64,000 nt of DNA from Lama glama (lineage: Eukaryota), in NCBI GenBank assembly GCA_028534125.1, contig CM052816.1, forward strand, positions 62,560,001 to 62,624,000, read 5' to 3'. The translations under genes were made by a program, and so were the position numbers. Positions 1-12,366 of this stretch are shown here, in pieces. Each line of letters opens with the position of its first letter. Positions within the stretch are counted from its first letter, which is position 1. The notes under the pieces are model-generated. The model had not been told where the DNA came from, ran no database searches, and worked only from the letters and a program-made list of their open reading frames with translations.

Positions 1-272
1 TACAAGCCTGGGGTATTCGGCCAATAGGCATGGAACAGCTTTAGCAGCATTATCGTCACAAAAGTGGAGGCGGGGAGGCAGCAAACAAACATTCCAAAGC
101 CAGATATGTATCTTTGAAAACCCAGCTGGCTGGCAAAAAACATGAACAGCAAACCAACACTAATTAACCTAGATTTACAAGTTAGTCCAGCAGAACTCAG
201 ATCAGTATTCCGATACTTAGATTTGTGAGTTATCTTGTTAGACCAGCCCGGCTTGTCCTTCACAAAATCATA
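1..272 (-). mobile_element. 5' part of an unidentified LTR-like repeat (runs off the window start); same family as 7500-7664
   Basis: Reverse complement TATGATTTTGTGAAGGACAAGCCGGGCTGGTCTAACAAGATAACTCACAAATCTAAGT...TACTGATCTGAGTTCTGCTGGACTAAC aligns by eye to 7500-7610 on the plus strand. Confidence 0.6.
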
Positions 273-276
273 AACC

Positions 277-756
277 TGTTGACTGAAATAAATGCGCAGC
301 TTAAAAGTTAAAAGAGTTATGTTTTATTTGGCGGGAGGGCTCAAGCCAGGATGACAGCCTCTCAGATCGCTCGGAGGGACTACTCCGAAGAGGCAGGGGA
401 GGAGCTAGGATATATAGGAGCTCTACAACAAAGACCAGGTAGTTGGAACAATAAAAGATTACTTGTTATCTGAAGAAAACCAGGCACCTCAAGTTAAAGA
501 ATTTAGTGCTTTTCTATGTATGGGAGGAAGTAAACATTTGGGCTCACTGAATCCATTCCTTTGACAAGCACCTAGCTATCTAGGGTCAGTATCCTGTCCT
601 TTCTTATTCTGAGTCCGCTCAGAGTGCACCATTGTGCACTGCAGGCCCTACACCACTGGGGGGGTGGCGGCAGCCACTGATGACTTGGTTTCAGCATTCT
701 TTATTTACTCATATTGTTGCAGTATTTTAACTCACATTGGAGTATTTTCGTTCACA
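277..756 (-). mobile_element. Solo LTR, ERV1-like
   Basis: TG...CA termini (tgttgactg at 277, ttcaca ending 756); exact 4-bp target-site duplication AACC at 273-276 and 757-760; TATA-like and AATAAA motifs on the minus strand. Confidence 0.85.
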
Positions 757-789
757 AACCTTTCAATGTGCTTTATTTTTAGTTTAGTA

Positions 790-1165
790 ATTCCACTTTT
801 AGGAAATCCTTCTGTGAAAATAAACAGACCACTGATCAAGGATGCATTTATGGAGAGATTTATTCTAGCATTGTTAATATTGCAGAAGAACTAGATAGAG
901 GTCAAATGTTCAATGATAAGGGTTTGGGTGAATTCATTATGATAATCCACACAATGGAATACTAAGGAGTAATTGAAAATGAACATACAGGCACATAGGC
1001 ATTGTTTTTGGATGGTGTTAGCAATATACTGTTAATGAGAAAAACAAGCTACAAAATACTTATATGTGAAGAAATATTTATGAATATGAATTTTAAAAAG
1101 TCTTGAATACATATGTATATGCTAACAATGCTTATCTTTTTGTGGTAGGACTAAAGATGATTAAA
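790..1165 (+). mobile_element. Old L1M (L1ME-like) 3' fragment
   Basis: Degenerate L1 3' motifs such as tatgataatccacacaatggaatactaaggagtaattgaaaatgaa. Confidence 0.55.
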
Positions 1166-1944
1166 AATTTCTCTCTGTCATGAATTTTCATAATGTAGGA
1201 TGTAAAAAATGAAACAATTAATTAGTGATAGGAAGTACTTTATAGCCATAGAAAATTGTATTGTGTTTGTTATAACTTTAGAGACTCTGAAGCAAATATC
1301 TTTTGCCATGTGGGATGCATTTCATATGTATAATCCATTAAAATTTATTTCCATAATATGTTGATTGTGGAGGCAAGAGTACACACAAGAAACAATTAGA
1401 TGGAATGAAATGAAAATAAATAACACAATGTAAGTGACATTAAGTGATACATTTTGCATCAGGAGATCAGTGCAGAGAGAATTCAAAGGGACCCAAGGAG
1501 TGAGCTCATCTGTCCTTTGCATGAAGTGAAGTGACTGTGGCTTTTAAGTCTGGCAGGAGTGGATTCAGCGGATAAGAGAAGGAGTTGCTTGGATGCAGAA
1601 ATTAATGACTTTTGAGGGGAGAAGTAAAGCAGTTGGTATAATTAGACCCTGATTGCATATTTGAAAGTATTAAGGTATAAGGTTAGATGTATGGTAAGCT
1701 GGGAAGAAGAATTCATAAATTTCATTATGAATCCATAATTTGCAATGGAATTGCTGTCAGGAAATTATGATGACCTCTTGAACAGGAGAGAAGGGAGATA
1801 AAGGTGTCATTTTTTAGTAAAGTTATTCTGTGCAGGAGAGATTAAGTGAAGAGGCTGTTGACCGGGAAAGCAGTGGCAAATGTACTGGCCAGCTCTAGAT
1901 CAGGGTTTGTCAGGCTGATGCCTATGAGACCATTCAAGGAAACA

Positions 1945-2455
1945 TCAGCAGTACTTAATACACGGAAGAGGGGAGACCAAAATGAATCCCATGTTTCCAA
2001 ACTGGAAAGATGAGGTATTGGGAAACCAGCCTAGAGAAAGCAGGAGATGAAGCTTGAAGAGAAAGGGTGGTCCTTCCTGTAGGAAGTGAGAAGGAATAAA
2101 ATCCACAGCAGGGTTGCTAATAGTTGCTAAATAGTTGCTAATGTGGCCCATTAGTCCTGCTTGCCTGTGAAGCCCTTGCTGGACGCCACATGAAAGGACA
2201 CATTGGCACGTTTTGTGTTTCTGAACTAAATCATGAGACCCCTCAATGTATTGTCCCTTATTCCATAGGCCATCTTTGGTTACCTGGGCCACAGAATTAG
2301 CTATTGATTCTCTGATATCCATCTTTAACTTGACTCTCAATTTTCATGGTCCACGTTATGTCCCTAGCTATCAGTCAGGCTGCTGTGACTAAAGATGCTG
2401 TGTCTCCATTCTAGACACACGGCTTAGGCCACCTGGGGTCATTTCCTTCCCAGTT
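1945..2455 (-). mobile_element. Highly decayed class III (ERV-L-like) pol remnant, RNase H/integrase region
   Basis: ORF 1945-2340 has DLVQKHKTCQ and PAVDFIP, weakly like ERV-L integrase DLATATAECPICQ and WQVDYIGP; weak, by-eye similarity only. Confidence 0.35.
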
Positions 2456-5080
2456 AAAAAAAAAACAAAATAACTTATTTCAAAATAATTTTAGATTTAT
2501 GAAGTTGCAAGAATAGTACTCAGAGTTCCCTTGTACCTTTAACATTTCATGTAGCCATAGTATCAAATTAAAGAAATTAGCATTGGTACAATGCTGTTAA
2601 TTAAACTACGGACTTAATTAAATTACAGACTTTATTCTGATTTTACTAGTATTCCTACTACTTGTCCTTTTCTGTTACAGGATCCAATCCAGAATCCCAT
2701 ATGGTGATTAGTAGTTATTTCTTCTAAATCTTCTTCATTATTTTCTCAATCTTTCTTCATCTTTTATGATCATAGCATTTTTGAAGAACAGTCAGTTATT
2801 TTATCAAATTTCCCTCGATTTAGGTTTGTCTCATATTTTCTCATGCTTAGATTGAGGCTATCCATCTTTGTCAAGACCACCACTGAAATCGTGTTGTGCC
2901 CTTCTCAGTGCAACATGTCAGGGTGAACAGGAGTTGATATACCTTACGACACACATTTGTATTTATTTCTGTATCGATCTCTCTGTATACAGTAGAACCA
3001 TGAGTTTATACTGGTATCTCTGATTCCAGTCCAGCACCACAGGGTTCATTCTAGCCTTCCCCCTTTCCTTATTTGTAACTTATTTCTCCAAAAGTGAGAA
3101 GCATGGCCCTTATTATCTATGTTTATTTTTTCAACTTTGGTGTACACACACATTTTTTTTTAATTGTTAACACACACCTCTTTAAGAAATAAATTTACCA
3201 ATTTCAGTATAGTTTCGTGTATGGTTTTTCTGTCTTTAGCCTTAACACTATCCAGTCAAAATATTCTTTTTCAAAGTTAAATTAAGTTAGTTCTTTCTTT
3301 CCCCATTCCCTTTACTGTGGAGATATTATTTACTTGTAATGTACTTAAATACATTTATTATAATTTGCATTCTACTTTGTGTTCTCTTCAGTCCTGGTTC
3401 TTTTAAAATTTACACAAAGAAGAATTTATTCTCTGTGGTGTACCTTTTCATGGGATTGGACGTGTTCAGAGAACTTTGCATCTACCCACCACGGTCATGA
3501 TGTAGAACATTTCTATCACCTCAAAAATTCCTTCCTTCTGTCCATTTAGAGTCAACTTCACCCTCTGCCTCCAGTCCTACTAATCTATTTTCTATTCCTA
3601 TCATTTTGCCTTTTCCAGAAAGTCAGATAAATGGAATCATAGAATCTTTTGTTTCTGGCTTCTTTCACTTAGCAGAATTTATTTAAGATGCATCCATACT
3701 GTTCCATGAATCAAAAATGTTTCTTTTTATTGCTTAGTAGTATTGTATCGTAAGTATGAACCATATTTTGTTTATCTAGTCCCTGGGGGAAGAACATCTG
3801 GGTGGTTTCCAGTTTTGGACAATTATGAACACAGTGATACAAATATTCCTGTACAGGCTTTTGCGTGACGTAGGTTTTCATTTCTCTTGGGTAAATGCTA
3901 GGAGTGGGATAGCTGCTTCATATGGTAAATATATGCTGAACTTTGTAAGAAACTGTCAAGCTGTTTTTGTTCCATAGTGGTTATACATTACACATTCCCA
4001 CCAGTAGTATACAAGAGTTTTTCCATATCCTCTCAAAACTTGATGTAATCAGGGGTTTTGCATTTCTAACGAACATGTATTAATATAACATTGCAGTTTT
4101 AATTTACAATTTCCTAATGATTAGTGATCCTGAACATTTTTTAACATGCCAGTGTTCCACGTGGACATTTTCTTAGTTAACTGTTCAGATCTGATCTTTT
4201 ATTCACTTAAAAAAATCAGGTTGTTTGTTTTCTTGTTGTTGAGTTTTGAGAGTTTTTTGTATATTGCATATACAAGTCCTTTGTTAAAATTGTGATGTGC
4301 AGATATTTTCTCCCAGTTTGTGGCTTGTCTTTCCATTCTCTTAACAGTATCTTTCACAAAGAAGAGGTTCATAACTTTGATAAAGCACAATTTATCATTT
4401 TTCCCTCCTTAAGAATTGAACAGTTGGTGTCATATTAAAATCCTTGCCTAACTCAAGGTATAAAAGATTTTCTACTATTTTAGTCCAGATTTTTACTTTT
4501 ACTTAAAAAAATATATTTTAATCTTACTAAAAATTCTGGAATTTTACTTTTTACATTTAGGTCTATGGCCAATTTTTGAATAAAAGGCGAGGTATGTGCT
4601 GAGGTTCATGTTTTTTTGGGTATTCACTTTTTTAAGCACCATTCGTTGAAAAGGTGATCCTTTCTTTTTTGAAATGTCATTTCACTGTTGTCAAATATTA
4701 GTGTAGGATTAGTTCTGGACACTTTATTCTCTTCCTTTGATCTATGTGTTTAGCCTTTTGCTAACATCACACACTCTTGATTAGTATGTCATAAAATTTG
4801 TAGTGTGCCCTCTAACTTTGTACTTTTTTTTCCAAAATTATTTTGGCTCTCCTAGTTCCTTTGCTTTTCTACATAAATTTTAGACTTTTGTCAATATCTA
4901 CAAAAATACTATTGGTATTTTAATTTGGATTACATTAAAACTATAGATCAAACTGTAAGAGAATTGATATCTTAACATAAGTGATCCTGCCAATTTATAA
5001 GAATCTTATTTTGTCATTAATCTGAAAATTTCTCTTTTAATTGATATGTTTAGGCCATTCGTAGTTATGGGTTTATTAGT
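2456..5080 (-). mobile_element. Old LINE-1 (L1MC/L1MD-like), 3'UTR plus 3' part of ORF2, decayed
   Basis: ORF 4199-4390 KDTVKRMERQATNWEKISAHHNFNKGLVYAIYKKLSKLNNKKTNN is the L1 ORF2 C-terminal segment; antisense L1M 3'UTR signature aaaataattttagatttat...gttgcaagaatagtac at the left end. Confidence 0.85.
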
Positions 5081-5083
5081 ATG

Positions 5084-5390
5084 GCTGATGCAAGGCCATT
5101 GATTTGCTCACATTCTTCTTGTGCAGCAGAACAAAGGACCCCGTCCCTTCCCCAAAGGGGACAGATGTAGCAGTGGAGTTGACCAGGTGCCGTTTGATGC
5201 CCATGCTTACACTGAACAAAGGAGTATAGATCGAGTCTGAGACAGGGAAAGATATTCTCACACAAGGTGCTAAGTCCAGCATAGCCTGAGAGGACTTGAT
5301 GTCTTGGTAAGGAAGTGTTTCAAGTTCAAGACCATTCTTATGTGGCTGAGTGGGTGTCAAAAGACTGCATACACAAGACTGTCTTTCCCA
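5084..5390 (-). mobile_element. Possible continuation of the ERV-L-like pol remnant on the far side of the L1
   Basis: Minus strand gives ...QINGLAS next to the L1 edge; the other L1 edge starts WEGND, together resembling ERV-L RNase H ANGLAGWSGTWKEHDW. Confidence 0.3.
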
Positions 5391-6858
5391 ACACACCTCT
5401 ATTCCTAACACATACCATATTTTATAGAAAACTTGAAATAATATAGGAAAGCACAATGAAGGAATACATGTCACTCACAATGCTACCAGCAGTAGATAAT
5501 AAGCCATTATTTTTGGTATTTTCTTCCCATCTGTATATAGTATATACACTTGACATTTTATATACTTGAGATTGTACAGTTCATAGATATCACCTGATTT
5601 TATTCACTTCATGAACATTTTCTTACATCCTTAAGTATTTCCAAGATCATTCTTTCATATGACTGTACTACAAATTATTTAGTCTTCTCTTTGGCTTTGG
5701 ATATTGCCTTAAATTTGTTTTACTTTTACAAATGTCATTAGAATGAATACCCTTCCCCCAAATCTTTGTGAATATTTTTATTATTTCTCTAGATAAATTC
5801 TTAAAAGTAGATTTGTCAGTCCAGCTGGTTTGACCCGTTTTCGACACTTGAAGCTAATTGCCAAATTACCTTTCAGAAAGATCATGACAATTTACTCCTC
5901 CACTGGAATTATATGAAGTGTTTGTTTTTGGAGTTTCTATACCTAATTCTTCCAGATGAGGAAGAAACAGAGAGAAGCACATTTTTTCCTTGATAAAAGA
6001 AAATTGAAGGATAATTTTATGGGTTATGAGTTTATCTGATACTTCTTAGCTGAAAACAAAGTTGAGGGCAGCTCCCTAAAGAGGGAAATGATAAAGTCTG
6101 AAGTCTGTATATTTCAAACATTCCTTTAAAAACAAAATATTTTCTTTTGTTCCTATTAAAAGTTCTTTGAATATCTTGAATTTTCAGGCACTTTCTCACT
6201 TTTTATGTGATTTGGCAGTTTCCTCTACTTTTTTTTTTTTTATTTTTAAGGTTCTTCATCTTCCGCAGGTTCTGACTCAAATGCCTATCATTCCTGAAAT
6301 TATGTCTAATTCTCTCAAATCTGGCAATTGTTCAGTCCCGCACAGAGCTGTGCATGGAAACTATTGCATGCACTTTTGGTTTTTAGCCTAGATCGTTTTC
6401 TGTACATATCCTACCTTGACATCAAACACAGGGCTGGGGTCTTGCACTGTTTCTGTTTCTCCAGAGATGAGTTTACTGGTTCCTATGATGGTAATTTGAG
6501 ACTATAAACTCCATAATAGCAGGAACAAACGTTATTTTCTCATTATTCCATCTGCCTTTCACACAACTTAAAACATAGTTGGAGCTCTGTAATTATTCCT
6601 GAATAAGTGGATGAACAAATAACTTTATTATTAATTTAGTAGAGCTGGGTGACTGTCTGAAAAATTATGTGCTTCATTTTTTCTTGGAGCAATCTCATCA
6701 GGAAAGAAGGAAAATGATATTTTTCTTCCCCAGGAATCCAATTTAGATTCCGAATGCCTGACTTTTTCTTACCCACAGAGTGTCTTCCAGTTTGGTGATG
6801 GTGACAGGTAGGCTACTGTGGACCCTTCTGGAAAAAAGCCATTAAGAAGACTTATATG

Positions 6859-6860
<2 letters not shown>

Positions 6861-6898
<38 letters not shown>
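6861..6898 (+). repeat. (GT)19 microsatellite
   Basis: Perfect GT dinucleotide run read directly. Confidence 0.97.
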
Positions 6899-6900
<2 letters not shown>

Positions 6901-7499
6901 AAGGCAATTAAAACAATTAAATCTAATTTTCTCAAAAAAGGAGAACAAACTAATCTGAGCTTACAGTATTGAAGGGAGAAAAAAATGTCCACCTGAAGAT
7001 TGGAGTAAGAGGAGAGGATCATGGGGGGAGGTAGAAAGTCCTGAACTTATTGGATACTGCAACTCCAGTGGTCAGGAGTCTGAGGGGATGTCTGTGAGGA
7101 GAGACCTGTGTCATTAGGGGAAGGCAAAGCCTCTTCGTGGCCAGGCTTGGCCCAAAAGGGAGCAAAGCTGCCAGGGAGCTGCCCATTAACAAATAGAACT
7201 TTTTGGCTTGGGCCACAGATGGCACAATAGCCAGGACAGATGGTGAGAGGTTAGTGGTTCACATTGGCACCATGTGGCCCTAAAGAACAAACGGCCACAG
7301 TGGCAGCTCTTCTCTGCTCAAAAGCTGAAAGGCTAGGAGGTCAGTTTTTTCTATCTACTGATACATTGATCTGTTGATCTCTCTATTTTGGCAACCCTAC
7401 CAGGGTGCAGAGAGCCCCAAATGACTGCTGTGTCTTCCTGCCAATTTGAGTGGGTGGAGGATTGAGCTTCTTCAAATTAATTTGAAAAAATTAAGGGAT

Positions 7500-7664
7500 T
7501 GTGATATTGTGAAGGAAAAGCCCAGCTGGGCTAACAAGCTAAGTCACAAATCTAAGTGCAACAAGTGTCGGATTACTGATCTGAGTTCTGCTGGGCTAAC
7601 TCATAAATCTGAAGTTTAGTGTCAGTCTATTGGGCTAACGAGCTCAGTCACAAATCTAAGTGTG
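7500..7664 (+). mobile_element. 5' part of an unidentified LTR-like repeat with internal tandem units, truncated by the gap
   Basis: Starts TGTGATATTGTGAAGG; TGGGCTAAC...CA(C/T)AAATCT unit occurs three times; homologous and inverted to 1-272. Confidence 0.6.
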
Positions 7665-8164
7665 NNNNNNNNNNNNNNNNNNNNNNNNNNNNNNNNNNNN
7701 NNNNNNNNNNNNNNNNNNNNNNNNNNNNNNNNNNNNNNNNNNNNNNNNNNNNNNNNNNNNNNNNNNNNNNNNNNNNNNNNNNNNNNNNNNNNNNNNNNNN
7801 NNNNNNNNNNNNNNNNNNNNNNNNNNNNNNNNNNNNNNNNNNNNNNNNNNNNNNNNNNNNNNNNNNNNNNNNNNNNNNNNNNNNNNNNNNNNNNNNNNNN
7901 NNNNNNNNNNNNNNNNNNNNNNNNNNNNNNNNNNNNNNNNNNNNNNNNNNNNNNNNNNNNNNNNNNNNNNNNNNNNNNNNNNNNNNNNNNNNNNNNNNNN
8001 NNNNNNNNNNNNNNNNNNNNNNNNNNNNNNNNNNNNNNNNNNNNNNNNNNNNNNNNNNNNNNNNNNNNNNNNNNNNNNNNNNNNNNNNNNNNNNNNNNNN
8101 NNNNNNNNNNNNNNNNNNNNNNNNNNNNNNNNNNNNNNNNNNNNNNNNNNNNNNNNNNNNNNNN
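7665..8164. other. Assembly gap (500 N)
   Basis: N run of exactly 500. Confidence 1.
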
Positions 8165-8241
8165 ACAACATCTAGATTAGTGTTTGACCAAATAACGGGA
8201 CACCATACCCCCTCAGACTGACACATAAAATTAGCCATTAC
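8165..8241 (-). mobile_element. MLT2-like (ERV-L) LTR 5' end
   Basis: agtgtttgaccaaata...gactgacacataaaattagccattaca is the antisense of the MLT2 start TGTGATGGTTAATTTTATGTGTCA. Confidence 0.75.
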
Positions 8242-8399
8242 AGAGGGCAAAAGGTACAGAATAGAGTATACTTAAGAAAATGATTAAACTTTTACCATAA
8301 ACACATCATATCTGTATCGTTAAAGTCCTCTTCCCCCTTCTTCTATCACACACTCACACTCACACACACACACATATACACGCACACACACAAAGAAGC

Positions 8400-9770
8400 A
8401 GGCAAAGGTGAGTCTACTCAGGCAGCTATGCTGGTTGAAGTAACTCTGCATTACCAGGGATGGAGTGGTAACAGTAATGTCCACAGCAGTATCCAAATCC
8501 AGTGTCATCCAGGACAAAATACCCGGATCAGTAGATGGACCAGCAAAGTGACTGGTCATTTTTCCTGACAGAGTCCTAACCTCCAAGTACATATCTCCAG
8601 CTTTTCCAGAGATTCTGTGAACTACCCAATATCCTCCTATTTTTCTTTTCAGTTCTTAAAATCAACAAAAGTCATTTTCTGTTGCTTATAACTAAGTACA
8701 CTGACTGACTCCTAGTGTGATAGCAGGATAAAGTGCTAATATTCACTTCAGCAAAGGGATGGAGATAAGGCTGAGGGCAATGAGGACTCCATCACTGTAG
8801 AATGAGAAGTTTGTAAACTTTGCTCTATGGTCACAAAATGCTTGCAAAGGTGGTAAAATCAAGGACAAACATAGGATGACCTTCAGAAGTCTGTGTGAAG
8901 TTGGAGACTTCTTACTATCTACAGTGATGTCTACACTAAAGATAAAGCTTAGGCTGATGATGACCCCATTTGATAGCTGAGGGGAAAAATAGAGGTATAG
9001 CAGAATATAAACCCAGGACAAGGAAAAAGCCAAAGCTTCCAAGAAATTTCTGTAGGCATGTGTTGGATTCTCTTCTTCAAAAAAGGGATCAAGTCCGGTG
9101 GCAAAAATCACTCAGCACTAAAGCTATTGAGCCAAGGGACTTGTGGTCAGACATTCCTCATTCCCAAAATCAAAGGTATATTTTTATTTTTCCCAATCCT
9201 TAGCCAATAAAATTATTTAAAAGGAAATATATTAAATTTCAAAGGGTCTATATTTCCAAAGCAAACCCAAAACTGTCCTGTAACAATCTGCAATTATTCA
9301 AACCCAAGGCAATCCCCAGGTCCCTGAATTTGCACCAACAGGAAGAGGTTGCTAAAGCTACACATCTCTCAGAACAGCATCCCTAATACCCATCTTATAT
9401 ACAGGAAAGGAAGTTTTCCCCGGAGAACAGATCCAAAGGCTTACAGGGCGATCTCTTAGGGAGATCATCTTCATCTTCCTATCCAGTAGGATGTGACATG
9501 TGCCACAGACATATGTGTGTTATTTCCCCATCTTCCCATTTACAAATAGAAATTTTTATCGTAGTTACCTTGTTCATTCATCACTATGGTATACTGAGAG
9601 CATGGAGATAAATAATACCTTTTTCTGTAGTTCTCTGGACCATGAAGAGGACCATGATGACTTGATAGAGAAACTTGCCCTAACCTGGAGACTCCAGACT
9701 TCAAATCCAGTGAAGTGAATAGATGAGACTTGGAATTATTTTTCCTTTTAGCAAAGAAATGACTGACTCC
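8400..9770 (+). mobile_element. Old ERVL/MaLR LTR 3' part (to about 8712) followed by MLT1-like internal sequence
   Basis: LTR-type end ttctgttgcttataactaagtacactgactgact; internal motifs gtccctgaatttgcaccaacaggaag and gtgtgttatttccccatcttcccatttacaaatagaaatttttatcgtagttacc resemble MLT1-int. Confidence 0.6.
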
Positions 9771-12126
9771 ATGGGAGTATAGCTATTTACTAAAGTGTAT
9801 TTTCAGACTATGCTTGAAAATAGGCTTTGAGTACGCATCTAGATACATCCGCTACATGTGAAGAGTATCATGCCAACCTGAGACAGAGAGAGATGTATAT
9901 TATATGTGTAAGTGTATATATATACACATATGTACATATATGCATATTCTTATAAGAGTCTAGAAAAAACATATGAAGGAAACATGTCAGGCAGTAAATT
10001 CTAGTTACCTCAAAAGAATGAGAATAGGAGCTGGGGTGGGTAAGTTACTTTTTAAAATGCATAGTTGTATTCTTTCTATTTTTACAATATGCTTATGATA
10101 CACCTATGATTTGAAATAATAAAGACAATGATTAAATATCTTTAATCAGAAATACATTAACAAGTAAATGACAGATGCACTTCAAATATCCATTTAGCAC
10201 TATGCAAGAGAAAAATAAGAAGGCATATTGGCATGTATATTCTAAGCCGTCTCTATATAATGGAAGTACATGCTTTAGATAAGGAACAGATGCAACATTA
10301 CTGGCCAGCACATTGACAATCTTCAACAAATGTAAAATCAGTTATCAATTAAAATTAAAAATCTAAACTGTCACAGGTGACTTCCAAATATGTCTCAAGA
10401 CTTTTCTCCTTGATTTCAAATTTTGTGCTCAATCTCCTTTTTCATCTTCTTGGTGAAGACTTCTCCTTTTTGTCAAAAGCATTTAACAGCAACAGAAGCC
10501 ATTATTTTTGGTACTTAAGGCTAGCACAAGAATTTCAAATAAGATCTAATGTTAGTATAAGAGGGCAAAAGCCACTATTCTCTGAAATTACATTACCCAG
10601 TTCCAGAAACAGGACTGGCTACTTTACCCTTCAAATGAAAGTAAAATCCCAAAGATGCTCATTTCAGGTGAATCAATTCCAGAAAACAGCAACTTTCTCC
10701 TCCCTAAAAACTAGACAGGTCATATATGCCTTCAGCTTCTGTTTTAATGGCAGAGATTTGTTTGATATTGAATATTATTACAACAGGAGAAAAAAAGTGA
10801 AGGAGCGCAGATACTCTGTATAGAGCAATCTGTGTATACATGGTGATACCCTCAGCCAAGTGTGTGGCTAATTATTTATTATTAAAAGCTGGTCTCAAAG
10901 CGCTTTCTTCTGCTTTCTAAATGCTTTCATTAAAAAGCAATTCATTTCCTATTGCAAATGGGAAACATTTCGAGATGCCAGGGAAGTGCCTCTTCTCTGC
11001 AAAGGAAAAGCCCTTCTCCAACCCTTGGCAGGAAATGGCCAGGTTATCAGGACTAAAAGGTCAGGGAAGAAATAAAATGCCTCACATGCAATCAGTCACC
11101 AATTATAGTTTATCAGCAGGAGAACAGATGTGAAATGACTTTCTTTGGATTGGTGTTCCCTGTGTCTAAGCCAGTGAGACTGAACTCCTCTAAATGAATA
11201 AATAAAACCCCTGCCATGTTATTCCCCCACAACAGTTCAGCTGTTTGGTGATGTGATCATTAGAGGACTCTTTTTCAAAGGTTTGTGTTTTTTACCCAAA
11301 TGAACTCAATTTCTTTCTCTGTGTTGTGGATCAAAGCTGGGTTTTTATTCTATTCTGCTGACATTATTTTAAGATTTGTCAAGCTTATTTCCCTAGATGG
11401 GACATTTTTCATTTTTTAACAGGTGATGAACTCATCCCTGGGGAAAATCTAAATTCATCTTGAGATGGCTGAAAGTAAAAACTAGGACACAACAACGTAC
11501 TTTCAAATCTACACTGTATGGGAAATGAGAGTTAGGTATCTTTTTTAGAATAGTCTTGATTTATTGTACTAAGAAGGATTTTTGTCTTCTCTAAATCTTA
11601 GATCCAGCCGAGCCAGACAGATACCAACAAGTAAGTTTCTGTTTAATGAGACCATTTTTTGTAAAGCTTCACCCTTGATTAACAGCAGGCCTTACTAAAA
11701 GGGTGGTACAGGATGACCTGGAACATAGAAGAAGCTGTTATTCAGCAGTAGAGAGAAATGCAGTCCTCCAACCAAACCTTCTCATCACTCCAGCTGCACA
11801 ACAGTGGGAAATAGCCTTCTCACCCCTTTGCCCCAATACTACACCTATGTGTGCAGTAATCCTCCATTAGAGCCCTTTAAGGGACCAAAGTCAGGGTCCC
11901 AGAATATGGACTATACAGCAAGGTGATTCCGGACAAGTTTTCGGCTGAAACACAATCAGCAATTGTTTTAATAGTTATAGATTTATTTCAAAATGCATTA
12001 AGATATATATAATCTTAAAAATAAATACAATTAGTACATGGTCATATGAATTTTTAAGATAAATATTTAATTAAGTAAAATAAGTCAACCCACTTAAAGA
12101 AAAATATAAAGTAAAAAATAATCCAA

Positions 12127-12209
12127 GGCAGGAGGGTATAGATCAATGGTAGAGCACATGCTTAGCATGCATGAATTCCTGGGTTCAATCCCCAGTACTT
12201 CCATTAAAA

Positions 12210-12256
<47 letters not shown>

Positions 12257-12366
12257 ATACTTAACCCCCCCCACACACAAAAATAAAATGATCATCTCAA
12301 TCCCTTTAAAATAAAAAAATAAATAAATTGTTTAAGAAACTTTGTTTTTAAGTTTAAAGAAATAAT
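12127..12366 (+). mobile_element. tRNA-derived SINE, camelid Vic-1-like, with (TAAA)n tail
   Basis: GGAGGGTATAGATCAATGGTAGAG (A box) ...GGTTCAATCCC (B box) head, (TAAA)n array, flanking direct repeat AATAATCCA at 12117-12125 and 12367-12375. Confidence 0.9.

Noticed and set aside
7520..7664. Repeat-spacer-like pattern resembling a CRISPR array
   Set aside because: Mammalian context, degenerate irregular units, no cas genes; it is an internal tandem unit of an interspersed repeat
7619..8250. Long ORFs spanning N runs (also 23746-24496 and 44503-45139)
   Set aside because: Artefacts of translating gaps; only the ERV RT piece after 24286 has real homology
10377..10823. 148-aa ORF
   Set aside because: GTG start, low-complexity Phe/Ser/Leu-rich composition, no recognisable domain or exon structure
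12127..12205. tRNA gene-like A/B boxes (also 57591-57665)
   Set aside because: Followed by A-rich tails and flanked by TSDs; these are SINE heads, not tRNA genes
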